From Candidatus Poribacteria bacterium (GTDB taxonomy: Bacteria > Poribacteria > WGA-4E > WGA-3G), in NCBI GenBank assembly GCA_965205015.1, contig OZ242029.1, positions 5,536,001 through 5,600,000 of the forward strand: a DNA stretch of 64,000 nucleotides, written 5' to 3'. The position numbers and the translations under genes were made by a program. The notes beneath the pieces are model-generated. The model did not search any database and was not told the DNA's origin. It saw only the letters and a program-made list of their open reading frames with translations. Positions within the stretch are counted from its first letter, which is position 1. The number at the start of each line of letters is the position of its first letter. Shown one piece after another: positions 54,216 through 64,000 of this stretch.

Positions 54216-56150
54216 ATGTTCCCAACGATTGAAGCGCGAACACGCATCCAAACACCACCGACATGGGCTGTCCTCGAACGCCAACTCATCGACAAAATGA
54301 ACGCTGCAGGACCAGAAGTCCTGGAGAAATATACGCGCCCAGACGGAACACTGTTCTGGCCCACACATCCAGATTTTCAGAGCATCGACGGATTGGACGA
54401 TGCTTACGAGAGTTTCCATAACTGGTCCCTCTTTTATATGCTCGGCGGTGACGCGCGGTTCTTGGCTGACGCGGATACGGAATTCGATGTCATCACAACC
54501 GATATGACGCGATACGGGACAGGTCACGGTTACCCGATGGTGGTCAAAGAATACCAACCTGGCTACGATTGGTTCCACCAAGGCGAAGGGAACTACCTCT
54601 TTTACATGCTCTGTATGGCGGACCCTTCAAACCCGAAGTACATTGAACGGGCAAAGCGGTTTGCTGGATTTTACATGGACGAGGACCCAGATGCCCCAAA
54701 CTACGATAAACAGCACAAGATCATCAAATGCGCTATGAACGGAAGCAAGGGACCCGCATTCTGGGCTTTCGCTGGACATCCATACTTCCCATGGGACGGT
54801 TACAACATGCCGTTTTACGATATCCCCGGAGCCACGAGCCATGAAACCGTCAGGGAAAACGAAGAATTGCAGACACGTATGGGGCAACTTATCCGTGAAC
54901 GTCAGGGAGTCGGGGACGCCGTCGTCAACCTCGCTGCGACGACGCTTGCTACGAATGCCTACCTGCTGACGGGTGAAGAACAATACAAAGCATGGGTTAA
55001 GGAATATGTTGACGCGTGGATCGCGCGGACAGCGGAAAACGGTGGTATTGTCCCAGACAATGTCGGGTTATCCGGAAAGATCGGAGAACACATAGACGGT
55101 AAATGGTATGGCTCTTACTACGGCTGGAGTTGGCCCCACGGGTGGCACAGTGTCGGACAAGCCGTAGGCATCGCGGCACAAAACGCCATGCTGCTCTGGC
55201 GGGACCCTGCGTATCTCGACTTTCCACGTACGCAAATTGACGTTTTAATTGAAAGAGGGATTGAGAAGAACGATCAGCTCTACGTCCCGCAGAAGTATGG
55301 GGATCCGGGTAAAGTCAACTATGTGCCGGGTGCTTGGCTACAATACCCGATTACAAACGCGGACGGCACTGCTTTGGAAGTGGACGGTTGGTTTGAGTTC
55401 ATGCCGATGCATCCATCGGATGTCGCGCATTTATGGGCACTGTCAATGCTGCCTACGGATCAGGACCGGGCAAAGACAATCGCCAAAAAAACAGGCTCGA
55501 AATTCGACATCAACGCGTGGCATCATATCAAGGACAGTGGCGGACACGACGGCGCGTGGCTCGCATACATGCGCGGTGAATATCCCGAATACCCCGAAAC
55601 AATTCTCAATCACAACCTCTCCCAAGTCGAAGCACGTCTCGCCTTCATGGCTGACGATGCCGAAGATCCAGCAAACTATGGAGATGCTTACTTCCAACGA
55701 CGCAACCCCATCACCTGCGAAGGACTGGTTCAATTGACGTGTGGCGGTCCCCTACCTCATTACAACGGCGGTTTACTCGTGACACGGGTGCGGCACTTTG
55801 ATCCGCAGCAGCAGCGACCGGGACTTCCCCCCGATGTCAGTGCATTGGTTACCAAACTGACAGCCGACACCACCGAACTCCAACTCGTCAATCTCAACAC
55901 TACAGAACCGCGGGAGGTCATCGTGCAAGCGGGGGCGATGGGTGAACACAATTTCACGTCAGTCAGCATCAACGACGATCAGAACAGGCACACCGTCTCG
56001 GTCAATGGCACATCCCTTCACGTCCATCTACCACCCTACACACAAATCGACTTAGCGTTAGGGATGCACCGTTTCGTCAATACACCGTCATATAAGCATC
56101 CGTGGGAAATCATTATGCCCAACGTTCAACGACGACCTTCTTCTGGGTGA
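54216..56150 (+). CDS. Conserved hypothetical protein (644 aa), possibly an (alpha/alpha)-barrel carbohydrate-active enzyme
   Basis: Long ORF rich in W/Y/D/H motifs ([31 protein letters not shown]); function not recognised. Confidence 0.75.
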   Translation: MFPTIEARTRIQTPPTWAVLERQLIDKMNAAGPEVLEKYTRPDGTLFWPTHPDFQSIDGLDDAYESFHNWSLFYMLGGDARFLADADTEFDVITTDMTRYGTGHGYPMVVKEYQPGYDWFHQGEGNYLFYMLCMADPSNPKYIERAKRFAGFYMDEDPDAPNYDKQHKIIKCAMNGSKGPAFWAFAGHPYFPWDGYNMPFYDIPGATSHETVRENEELQTRMGQLIRERQGVGDAVVNLAATTLATNAYLLTGEEQYKAWVKEYVDAWIARTAENGGIVPDNVGLSGKIGEHIDGKWYGSYYGWSWPHGWHSVGQAVGIAAQNAMLLWRDPAYLDFPRTQIDVLIERGIEKNDQLYVPQKYGDPGKVNYVPGAWLQYPITNADGTALEVDGWFEFMPMHPSDVAHLWALSMLPTDQDRAKTIAKKTGSKFDINAWHHIKDSGGHDGAWLAYMRGEYPEYPETILNHNLSQVEARLAFMADDAEDPANYGDAYFQRRNPITCEGLVQLTCGGPLPHYNGGLLVTRVRHFDPQQQRPGLPPDVSALVTKLTADTTELQLVNLNTTEPREVIVQAGAMGEHNFTSVSINDDQNRHTVSVNGTSLHVHLPPYTQIDLALGMHRFVNTPSYKHPWEIIMPNVQRRPSSG

Positions 56151-57600
56151 AGAAATCGACGGCATCCCAACTCTGACCGTGGAGGTCCCCGAAGAAACTA
56201 TCCTTCCAACCGCTGAACGGGAAGAATGCCATCGGCGCGGCGACCCCGATGTTAATGCCGATATTTCCGATCTCCGCTTCATAACGGAACTTACGGGCAG
56301 ATGCGCCGCTACTCGTAAAGAGACACGCCATATTCCCGTAACGTCCACCATTGATGAGTCCGATCGCATCGTCAATCGTCTCAACATGGATAAGCCCTAA
56401 AACCGGTCCGAAGATCTCGGTTCTGGCAATATCGCCTTGTGGATTAAGGTCATTGAGGACTGTCGGACGGATAAAATTGCCGTTTTCACCGCCCGGGATG
56501 CTCGGATACCTACCATCAACGAGGAGTTGCGCCCCCTCATCAGCACCCGCTTGAATAAGTCCTTCAATTCGACGCCTGCTTTCGGAAGTGATGACGGGTC
56601 CCATTTCGACGTCTTCTTCCAGTCCATTTCCGACCACCCGATCCGTAGCGGTGTCGGCGATGGCTTCCGTGAACCAGTGACGTGCCTCGCCAACAGTGAA
56701 GGCAAGAGATGCCGCCAGGCACCGTTGTCCAGCACATCCGAAGGCACTCTCAGCCGTCGCATTGACAGTAAACTGCGGGTCCGCATCAGGCAGGACAATC
56801 AACGGATTTTTCGCGCCACCTTGACATTGAACCCGTTTGCCGTTTGCAGCGGCCTTCGCATAGATTTCTTTAGCCGTCGCAGTCGCGCCGACGAAACTGA
56901 TGCCCCGGATATCTGGATGCGTTAAGATTGCATCCACAGTCTCGCGTCCACCATTCACAAGGTTGACAACACCCTTAGGAAGTCCCGTCTGTTCCAATAA
57001 CTGAAACACCTTTTGCATCGTGATCGGCACTTTTTCGGAAGGTTTCACAATGTAAGTGTTGCCACAGGCAATAGCATAAGGGAGAAACCAGAAAGTAATC
57101 ATCCCCGGAAAGTTGAAAGGTGCGATTGCAGCACACACACCCACAGGTTGACGAATCATAAATTCGTCGATTCCGGTGGCAATATCCTCCAAGTTGGTGC
57201 CTTGCATGAGTGTCGGAATACCGCAGGCGACCTCAACATTCTCGATCGCACGCCGCATTTCACCCTTCGCCTCGTCAAGCGTCTTCCCACACTCCAGCGT
57301 AATCGTCCTGGCGATATCCTCCAAGTTCTCCTCTAACAGGTTCTTCAAGGCGAAAAGGTATTGCACACGTTCGACGGGTGGCGTCCGCCGCCATTCGTGG
57401 AGTGCATCAGCGGCGACTGTAGCGGCTTGATGGACCTCTTCCGCGGGCGAAAGCGGCACCTGCGTGAGAACCTCTCCAGTCGCTGGGTTGGTGACATCGA
57501 TCAGCTCAGCCGCCTCGGATTTTTGCCATCTGTTATTAACGTAGTTCGGTAGCGGCGTTTGTAGGTTCCCGCTTTTAAGAAGACTCACATCGGTTTCCAT
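56113..57600 (-). CDS. iolA: CoA-acylating (methyl)malonate-semialdehyde dehydrogenase (IolA/MmsA)
   Basis: [48 protein letters not shown]. Confidence 0.88.
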   Translation of the reverse strand: METDVSLLKSGNLQTPLPNYVNNRWQKSEAAELIDVTNPATGEVLTQVPLSPAEEVHQAATVAADALHEWRRTPPVERVQYLFALKNLLEENLEDIARTITLECGKTLDEAKGEMRRAIENVEVACGIPTLMQGTNLEDIATGIDEFMIRQPVGVCAAIAPFNFPGMITFWFLPYAIACGNTYIVKPSEKVPITMQKVFQLLEQTGLPKGVVNLVNGGRETVDAILTHPDIRGISFVGATATAKEIYAKAAANGKRVQCQGGAKNPLIVLPDADPQFTVNATAESAFGCAGQRCLAASLAFTVGEARHWFTEAIADTATDRVVGNGLEEDVEMGPVITSESRRRIEGLIQAGADEGAQLLVDGRYPSIPGGENGNFIRPTVLNDLNPQGDIARTEIFGPVLGLIHVETIDDAIGLINGGRYGNMACLFTSSGASARKFRYEAEIGNIGINIGVAAPMAFFPFSGWKDSFFGDLHGQSWDAVDFFTQKKVVVERWA

Positions 57601-57612
57601 CGTATCTCCTCC

Positions 57613-59052
57613 TTAGTTCTCCTTCGCGAAGAGTTCAAGTACTTTTAATTGTTCCATAGCGGCGACGATTTGCGGATCATGCTCCAGTTCGTCACGAGAA
57701 TTTTCTGTAATCTGGGCAAGTGCGTATTTAATGCCGATATCACTGAGAATAATCTGTTCTTCGGTGAGTGCGTCGCTCAAGCGTTGATAACTTCGCAGCA
57801 GTTTTGCCGCCTGCCGGTCATCACGAGAGGCGTGAGAAGCGGCTGCGAGTTGTGCTAACACATCATCGCCATTCTCTTCCATAAAGGTTTTAAGTTTCTC
57901 ATGATCTCGGAGTTTCAACTGCATCTGGCGTTCAGAACGGCTAAACCCTGCCGACTCAACATCGGGGATAATACCGACCTTGTCAATATTGACCCCGTTC
58001 GGTGTAAAGTAACTCGCGACGGTTAATTTCACAGCAGCTTTTGAATTGCTCAGCGGAAACACACGTTGAACGGATGCTTTCCCGAAGGTCTTATTGCCCA
58101 TGACAAGTCCGCGCCCGTGGTCTTTGATGGCACCAGCAACGATCTCAGAAGCACTCGCGCTCCCACCATCAACGAGTACAATTAGCGGAAAGTACTCCCT
58201 TTTGACGCCTTTCGCCTTGAAGTCCTCGCGCGTCTCAATGCCTTTACTGTAAACAACAAGTTGACCGGGGGTGAGGAAGTCGCTCGCGATATCAACGGCT
58301 GAAGTGAGGAGTCCGCCAGGATTTAAACGGAGGTCAAGAATGACACCCCGGACATCCTGTGCTTTGAAGTCCACAAAGGCGTTATCTACGTCGTTTGCTG
58401 TCGTATCAAGAAATTGATTGATTTTGATATAGCCGATATTATCTCCGATGATATCCTGTTCAACACTCGGAACCCGAATGACTTCACGCGTGACAGTAAC
58501 CTCAACCGGGCGATTATCGCCCTGACGCACGACCGTAATGGAGACAGGGGTTCCCGGTTCACCCCGCAGCTGCTCAACTGCCTCGTTCAAGGTTATAACA
58601 GCTGTCGATTCACCTTCAATATGGCTAATAATATCTCCGCTTTGCAAACCTGCCAATGAAGCAGGACTCCCCTTAAAGGGTGTAACCACAGTGAGCATAT
58701 CTTCCCGAATTCCGATAAGCATCCCAAGACCGCCGTATTTGCCGCGGTTCTGCAGTCGGAACTCAGCGATGTCCGGAATGAATTGGCTGTATGGGTCCAA
58801 TTTGCGGAGCATGCCATTGATGGCACCCTCTATCAGTTCTTTAGAATCCGGTGTTTCGAGATGTGCCTGTTTAATATAAGCAAGGATCTCTGAGAAAAGC
58901 GCGAGATTCTCCACCAATGTATCATCGGAGGTTTCTTCTGAACTCCACCCGAACGGTAGAAACGCGCAGATAAGCAACACTGATAACAAGATTCGAAAAC
59001 AGGTTCCGGGCGAAATTCGCGAGTTTCCGAAACCTACTGTTAAAAATTTCAT
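57613..59052 (-). CDS. S41 carboxyl-terminal processing protease
   Basis: LDPYS, PDZ domain, DLR.NPGGLL, SASASEIVAGA, TFGKASVQ. Confidence 0.93.
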   Translation of the reverse strand: MKFLTVGFGNSRISPGTCFRILLSVLLICAFLPFGWSSEETSDDTLVENLALFSEILAYIKQAHLETPDSKELIEGAINGMLRKLDPYSQFIPDIAEFRLQNRGKYGGLGMLIGIREDMLTVVTPFKGSPASLAGLQSGDIISHIEGESTAVITLNEAVEQLRGEPGTPVSITVVRQGDNRPVEVTVTREVIRVPSVEQDIIGDNIGYIKINQFLDTTANDVDNAFVDFKAQDVRGVILDLRLNPGGLLTSAVDIASDFLTPGQLVVYSKGIETREDFKAKGVKREYFPLIVLVDGGSASASEIVAGAIKDHGRGLVMGNKTFGKASVQRVFPLSNSKAAVKLTVASYFTPNGVNIDKVGIIPDVESAGFSRSERQMQLKLRDHEKLKTFMEENGDDVLAQLAAASHASRDDRQAAKLLRSYQRLSDALTEEQIILSDIGIKYALAQITENSRDELEHDPQIVAAMEQLKVLELFAKEN

Positions 59053-59082
59053 TTTTTATTCCTCCTGCCGACATTCCAGTTT

Positions 59083-59562
59083 TTAATAAAAGTAGTTTCG
59101 TAGCCTTTGGATACTCGGAATCCGAAAAGCGATAAAGGCTGCGACAGCACAATAGAGCAGGTCAATACGACTCATCCGTGCTTGCATCAGTTCCCAAACA
59201 GACTGTCCCTTGAACACAGTCGTCGCGATCGGCATGGCTTGCGCTATTGATATATTATGCTCTTGGCTGAGTTGCGCCGCGATTTGGGCGACCGCGTTCC
59301 ACTGGACATCCAAATATTTTCCGATAAAAATACCGAGTATTGCGAAAACCGCAGCGGCAGCACTGACAACACGCCACATCGTTCTCGCATCATGTTCGAG
59401 GGATCGGCTGCTCGTGAGGAGTATCCCGACGCCAGTCAACACACCGATACCGATAGCGATGAAGCCAGCAGTACGCCCTGTCCACTGGATATATTTCGCC
59501 CAAAGTACGCCGCCGATCGCCGCACCGAGGAGTCCGCCAAACGGCGCTGTTAAAGTGTTCAT
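59083..59562 (-). CDS. Hypothetical membrane protein
   Basis: Four hydrophobic segments; overlaps the gatA stop. Confidence 0.65.
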   Translation of the reverse strand: MNTLTAPFGGLLGAAIGGVLWAKYIQWTGRTAGFIAIGIGVLTGVGILLTSSRSLEHDARTMWRVVSAAAAVFAILGIFIGKYLDVQWNAVAQIAAQLSQEHNISIAQAMPIATTVFKGQSVWELMQARMSRIDLLYCAVAAFIAFRIPSIQRLRNYFY

Positions 59563-61040
59563 CCTGAAACAACTCCATCGGTCGCGATTGAGGGTTTCTG
59601 CCGATGGTGATCCGTATTCTGCTCAAACGTATAAGCAACCCGCAGAACCTTTTCTTCTGCAAAAGGCGCGCCGAGCAGTTGTAATCCAACGGGTAATCCA
59701 TTCTCCACAAAACCGCAGGGCAGAGAGATACCGGGCAACCCAGCGTGACTCGCAGGTGTTGTCATCACATCGGACAGATACATTTGCAACGGATCCGCCG
59801 TCCGTTCGCCTATTTTGAACGCCGGTGTCGGCGAAGTAGGCGTTGCAATAACGTCAACTTTCTCAAACGCTGCATCAAAATCAGATTTGATGAGCGTCCG
59901 TGCTTTCTGTGCCTTCCGATAATATGCGTCTTGATAGCCAGCACTCAGTGCGAAAGTGCCGATCATAATCCGGCGCTTCACCTCTTCACCGAACCCTTCA
60001 CTCCGCGTCCTTTTATACATATCAATCAGATCCCCTGGACTTTCGTTCCGGTAACCGTAGCGGACGCCATCGTATCTCGCGAGATTCGCACTCGCCTCAG
60101 CGGGAGCGATGATGTAGTACGTCGCGATGGCATATTCCGTATGTGGCAAAGAAATTTCCTCAACCCTCGCACCGACGGACGCAAGCACAGCGATGGCAGT
60201 GTGCACCCGATCGGCAATTTCTGCGTCTAACGCCTCTGTGAAATACTCCTTCGGAATACCGATCTTCAAGCCTTTCACGTCGTTAATGAGACTCTGTGTG
60301 AAATCCGGCACCGGGACGTCAACGGAGGTTGCATCCATCGCATCACGTCCACAGATGGCGTTGAGGAGCAGGGCACAATCGGTGACATCTTTGGTAAACG
60401 GACCGATCTGATCGAGTGAGGAGGCGAATGCGACTAAACCGTAACGCGAGACACGTCCATACGTCGGTTTCATTCCAACGACACCACAGAGTGCCGCGGG
60501 TTGGCGGATCGAACCGCCAGTATCTGAACCCAACGAACAGATAGCAGTATCCGCAGATACAACCGCAGCAGAACCACCACTGGAACCACCGGGAATCGTC
60601 TCCAAATCCCATGGATTGTGCGTAATCTGATATGCTGAGTTTTCAGTAGAGGACCCCATGGCAAACTCATCCATGTTTGTCTTACCGAGCATCACAATGC
60701 CCTGTTCATGGAGCTTCGTCATAACGGTCGCGTCGTAGGGCGGCACGAAGGTTTCAAGGATCTTAGAGGCACACGTCGTGCGGACACCCTGCGTGCATAT
60801 CACATCTTTAATCGCAATCGGGATGCCAGCCAGAGGCGGCATATCGTCACCGTTCTGAAATCCTGCGTCGGCACGACCCGCCTGCTCCAAGGCAAGGTCT
60901 CTTGTGAGCGTCAGGTACCCCTTGACGTGAGGCTCCACCTCAGCGATACGGGCATAGACAGATTCGGTGAGTTCTACGGCAGTGATCTCACGCGCTTTGA
61001 GTTTCTCATGCAGGGCATGTGCCGTCAATTCATAAAGCAT
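59559..61040 (-). CDS. gatA: Asp/Glu-tRNA amidotransferase subunit A
   Basis: [48 protein letters not shown]. Confidence 0.97.
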   Translation of the reverse strand: MLYELTAHALHEKLKAREITAVELTESVYARIAEVEPHVKGYLTLTRDLALEQAGRADAGFQNGDDMPPLAGIPIAIKDVICTQGVRTTCASKILETFVPPYDATVMTKLHEQGIVMLGKTNMDEFAMGSSTENSAYQITHNPWDLETIPGGSSGGSAAVVSADTAICSLGSDTGGSIRQPAALCGVVGMKPTYGRVSRYGLVAFASSLDQIGPFTKDVTDCALLLNAICGRDAMDATSVDVPVPDFTQSLINDVKGLKIGIPKEYFTEALDAEIADRVHTAIAVLASVGARVEEISLPHTEYAIATYYIIAPAEASANLARYDGVRYGYRNESPGDLIDMYKRTRSEGFGEEVKRRIMIGTFALSAGYQDAYYRKAQKARTLIKSDFDAAFEKVDVIATPTSPTPAFKIGERTADPLQMYLSDVMTTPASHAGLPGISLPCGFVENGLPVGLQLLGAPFAEEKVLRVAYTFEQNTDHHRQKPSIATDGVVSG

Positions 61041-61168
61041 TTTTAATTATTCAATCTGGTCACTGCTCCATTACATTACGCAGTGGTTTTCGGTTAAATC
61101 TAACTGTTTCTATATTATATTATGAAAGAATTTTTAATAAAGCCATCTTGCCAACAGCCGATAGCCAC

Positions 61169-61501
61169 TTAGTGGCTGCGGTCAACCACTCTGGGAACGC
61201 CGAAGTACCCCTCTGCCGCTTCAGGGGCATTCGAGAGTACCTCTTCGCGTGGATATGACGGTTTGACAACATCCGGCTTGGCGACATGAGATGCCTCAGT
61301 TTCTGAACCCATAATAAAAACTTGATGTGGATGGATATGCGACGTCGGTGGCACATCATCCGTCTCGAGCTCATCCAATTTCCCGATATAGTCCAAAATT
61401 CGGGCAAGCTGCTCGGTGAAGTGTTCTGTCTCTTCTTCGTTAAACGCAAGACGCGCCAAGTTTGCGACATGACGTACGCCTTCGGTCGTAATCGTTGCCA
61501 T
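61169..61501 (-). CDS. gatC: Asp/Glu-tRNA amidotransferase subunit C (start uncertain, up to 61528)
   Basis: V.HVA.LARL, L..ILDY...L.EL.T..V.PT, L.NAP....GYF.VPRV. Confidence 0.92.
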   Translation of the reverse strand: MATITTEGVRHVANLARLAFNEEETEHFTEQLARILDYIGKLDELETDDVPPTSHIHPHQVFIMGSETEASHVAKPDVVKPSYPREEVLSNAPEAAEGYFGVPRVVDRSH

Positions 61502-61520
61502 TTTTTGGTATTTCATCTCC

Positions 61521-63725
61521 TCACTCATACTCAGATATTGTCAAGGGTGTCAGTGATGGGTCAAGTCGTTTTGTCGTACCCCCACGACTAAACCGAACGG
61601 TGACATAAACACCACGCCCCGCGCTACTGATTTTGGTTATCTTCCCCCTTCCGAATTGCGGATGGAGAACAATTTGGCCAACGTGATAATCCGCTACATC
61701 TTCAGAAACCCCCTCATACAAGCCTCCTGACTCACGGAAGGGAGATCGGTACCGATCCACAGGCTTGATGAGATGTTCTGGAATTTCGGAAATAAAACGA
61801 GATTGCACGCGATACTCCGTCTCTCGAAACGTCCTCCGCGAACTGGCATGCGAGAGATATAGCTGCTCCATTGCCCGCGTGATCCCAACGTAACAGAGTC
61901 GTCGTTCTTCCTCCAATTCCGCTTGCGTATCAAGAGAGCGTTGATGCGGCAGATACCCCTCTTCCATACCCACGATGAAAACAAACGGAAACTCCAAACC
62001 TTTCGCACTGTGTAAGGTCATCAATGTAACCATATCGGTGGTATCGGTCTCCATCGCATCTATATCCGCCGTAAGCGCCACGTTTTCCAAATAATCCGAA
62101 AGCGTGGGTTCGGATGTGTTCTGTTCGTATTCGATAACGGCGTTAATCAATTCTTCGATGTTTTCAACCCGGTTCTGCGCTTCAATCGTCTTCTGAGACT
62201 CTAAATTTTTTAGATAACCTGTCACTTTCAACACATAGTCAAGGGCATCAACGGGCAGCATAGATGCATCGAAATCATCAAAAATTTTGGCGAAGCGTTG
62301 CACTTTCGTCTGCAGCCCGCGGTTAATCGCGGTGATTTCATCGACGCGCTGGATAGCCGCAAAGAGAGAGATTCCTTGGCGCGCCGCAAAATTGATGAGC
62401 CGGTCAAGTGTTGTCGCACCGATGCCGCGACTTGGCACGTTGATGATACGTCGAACACTTACCGAATCGTTGGGATTGCACACCACACGGAGGTAAGCAA
62501 GGAGATCCTTGATCTCCATCCGATCATAGAAACCGACACCTCCGACAATCTGATACGGGATATTCGCGGTGCGGAACGCCTCTTCAAAGATTCTGGACTG
62601 CGCATTGGTTCGGTAAAAGACGGCAAAGTCTTTGTAATCCACACCTTCATCGTGCCAATCCTCAATTTGCGTGCCGACGTAACCCGCCTCGTCGTTTTCG
62701 TCCATCGCCTCGTAGCAGGTAACAAGTTCACCAAGATCGTTTTGGGTCCAGAGTTTCTTCGCTTTTCGCGCCCTATTGTTGTGTACGACCCCCCATGCGG
62801 CATCCAAAATATTTTGCGTGGAACGATAGTTCTGCTCCAAGCGGAGGACACGTGTGTCCGGATAATCCTTCTCAAAATCAAGGATATTCCTGATATCCGC
62901 ACCCCGGAAGGCGTAAATGGACTGGTCATCATCCCCGACGACACAGATATTCTGCTTCGTGTCGGTTACCAATAAGTTCACCAACTCATACTGACACCGG
63001 TTCGTATCTTGATACTCATCAACGAGGATATATTGAAATTTGTCCTGATAAAATTGACGGACCTCAGGATCTTCATTCAGGAGTTGCACTGTGAACAGTA
63101 GCAGGTCATCGAAATCAAGAGCGTTATTGAGGCGAAGCGCATCTTGATAGAGGACATAGACCTCCGCAACGATCCGCTCAAAATAGCCATCTGCGATATG
63201 TCGGTACGCCTCCGGGGATATCGACTCATTTTTCGTGCGACTGATGTGGCTGAGGATCGCGCGCGGGTTGTACTGCTTGTCACTATAATTAAGTTGTCGA
63301 AGTACATCTTTGACGAGTGTAGCTTGCTCCCCCGTATCAAAGATCGTAAAGTCGCGGGTGTAGGCGTGACGTGTGGAGCGGGGAACCTCCGCAGACGCTG
63401 CATTCGCGCCTAATTTCTCAATATCTCGGCGGAGGATACGCGCACAGGTCGCGTGGAAGGTTGCCACCCAGAGGTCTCGGCTCACGCTGCCTTTAACAAG
63501 CACCTCCAGCCGATCCTTCATCTCCCGTGCTGCTTTGTTCGTAAATGTTACAGCGAGGATCCGGAACGGTGAGACATCGTGATGTTCGAGGAGGTAGGCG
63601 ATACGGTGTGTGATGACGCGCGTTTTTCCACTGCCTGCACCGGATAAGATGAGGAGCGGTCCTTCGGTATGTTGGACGGCTTCGCGCTGAACATCATTTA
63701 AGGAACTTAATAGGTTATCGGTCAA
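61521..63725 (-). CDS. pcrA: ATP-dependent DNA helicase PcrA/UvrD
   Basis: GAGSGKT, TFTNKAA.EM, VDEYQDTN, VGDDDQSIY.FRGA, QNYRS, TLHSAKGLEF, EERRL.YV..TRA. Confidence 0.93.
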   Translation of the reverse strand: MTDNLLSSLNDVQREAVQHTEGPLLILSGAGSGKTRVITHRIAYLLEHHDVSPFRILAVTFTNKAAREMKDRLEVLVKGSVSRDLWVATFHATCARILRRDIEKLGANAASAEVPRSTRHAYTRDFTIFDTGEQATLVKDVLRQLNYSDKQYNPRAILSHISRTKNESISPEAYRHIADGYFERIVAEVYVLYQDALRLNNALDFDDLLLFTVQLLNEDPEVRQFYQDKFQYILVDEYQDTNRCQYELVNLLVTDTKQNICVVGDDDQSIYAFRGADIRNILDFEKDYPDTRVLRLEQNYRSTQNILDAAWGVVHNNRARKAKKLWTQNDLGELVTCYEAMDENDEAGYVGTQIEDWHDEGVDYKDFAVFYRTNAQSRIFEEAFRTANIPYQIVGGVGFYDRMEIKDLLAYLRVVCNPNDSVSVRRIINVPSRGIGATTLDRLINFAARQGISLFAAIQRVDEITAINRGLQTKVQRFAKIFDDFDASMLPVDALDYVLKVTGYLKNLESQKTIEAQNRVENIEELINAVIEYEQNTSEPTLSDYLENVALTADIDAMETDTTDMVTLMTLHSAKGLEFPFVFIVGMEEGYLPHQRSLDTQAELEEERRLCYVGITRAMEQLYLSHASSRRTFRETEYRVQSRFISEIPEHLIKPVDRYRSPFRESGGLYEGVSEDVADYHVGQIVLHPQFGRGKITKISSAGRGVYVTVRFSRGGTTKRLDPSLTPLTISEYE

Positions 63726-63874
63726 CGGTTACCCCTTGCCTCGTTGTATTATTTGTAAGATATATTTGCGAGTCGTGTGTTATAGTCCCCAATTTCATGC
63801 TATAAAGTATACACAATTTGGGATTAATTTTGCAAGGGGAAATTTCAACGGCATGTCCACTATGAACAACTCTT

Positions 63875-64000
63875 TTACCCATCCACACCTTCCTGAACGA
63901 CGGGTACTGTAGATTTCAACTTCCGCGCCACAAGCGCGTAAAGACTCACTCCTGCTTTTGCTGCTTCGTCCGTTAGGTCATGATAAAGTTGGGCTTCAAT
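63875..64000 (-). CDS. 3' end of a HicB-like/ribbon-helix-helix protein (partial)
   Basis: Minus frame IEAQLYHDLTDEAAKAGVSLYALVARKL...DG* resembles the HicB C-terminal L...A...GVSLN motif. Confidence 0.55.
   Translation of the reverse strand: MEAQLYHDLTDEAAKAGVSLYALVARKLKSTVPVVQEGVDG

Noticed and set aside
1-64000. tRNA-Sec (selC), selA/selB/selD, other tRNA or rRNA genes
   Set aside because: None recognisable in this window by eye; the Sec interpretation depends on finding them elsewhere in the genome.

Overview
Bacterial chromosomal window, standard code 11, with no rRNA, tRNA or CRISPR array visible. Several features point to Candidatus Poribacteria (inference): secreted LamG and TolB-like proteins ending in a V(S/E)xxxxL(A/T)TTW(G/A)x(L/V)K tail, three PhyH dioxygenases, three Uma2 nucleases, a sulfatase, inositol genes and TPR proteins. 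Housekeeping genes include prs, gpmI, coaD, recX, alaS, gatA, gatC, pcrA/uvrD and an S41 protease. The main signal is missed by the ORF track: three lipoprotein genes are each split by an in-frame TGA sitting at the first Cys of a CxxC motif. They are an AhpC/TSA-like redoxin (2951-3580, minus strand) and two tandem heavy-metal-associated (HMA/CopZ/MerP-like) proteins (8393-8779, 8945-9289). All read T-U-G-x-C and carry a GGN-loop hairpin 21-23 nt after the UGA, so they are probably exported selenoproteins sharing a minimal SECIS. Other points of interest: a tandem Hfq/Sm-like protein, an octaheme HAO-family cytochrome paired with an internally duplicated His-containing membrane protein, a duplicated 'gene end + promoter' unit feeding different cargo genes, three nested MITE-like elements, several REP-like families, and a defence island (toxin-antitoxin pair, twin restriction endonucleases, methyltransferase, TPR proteins) lying between inositol catabolic genes.
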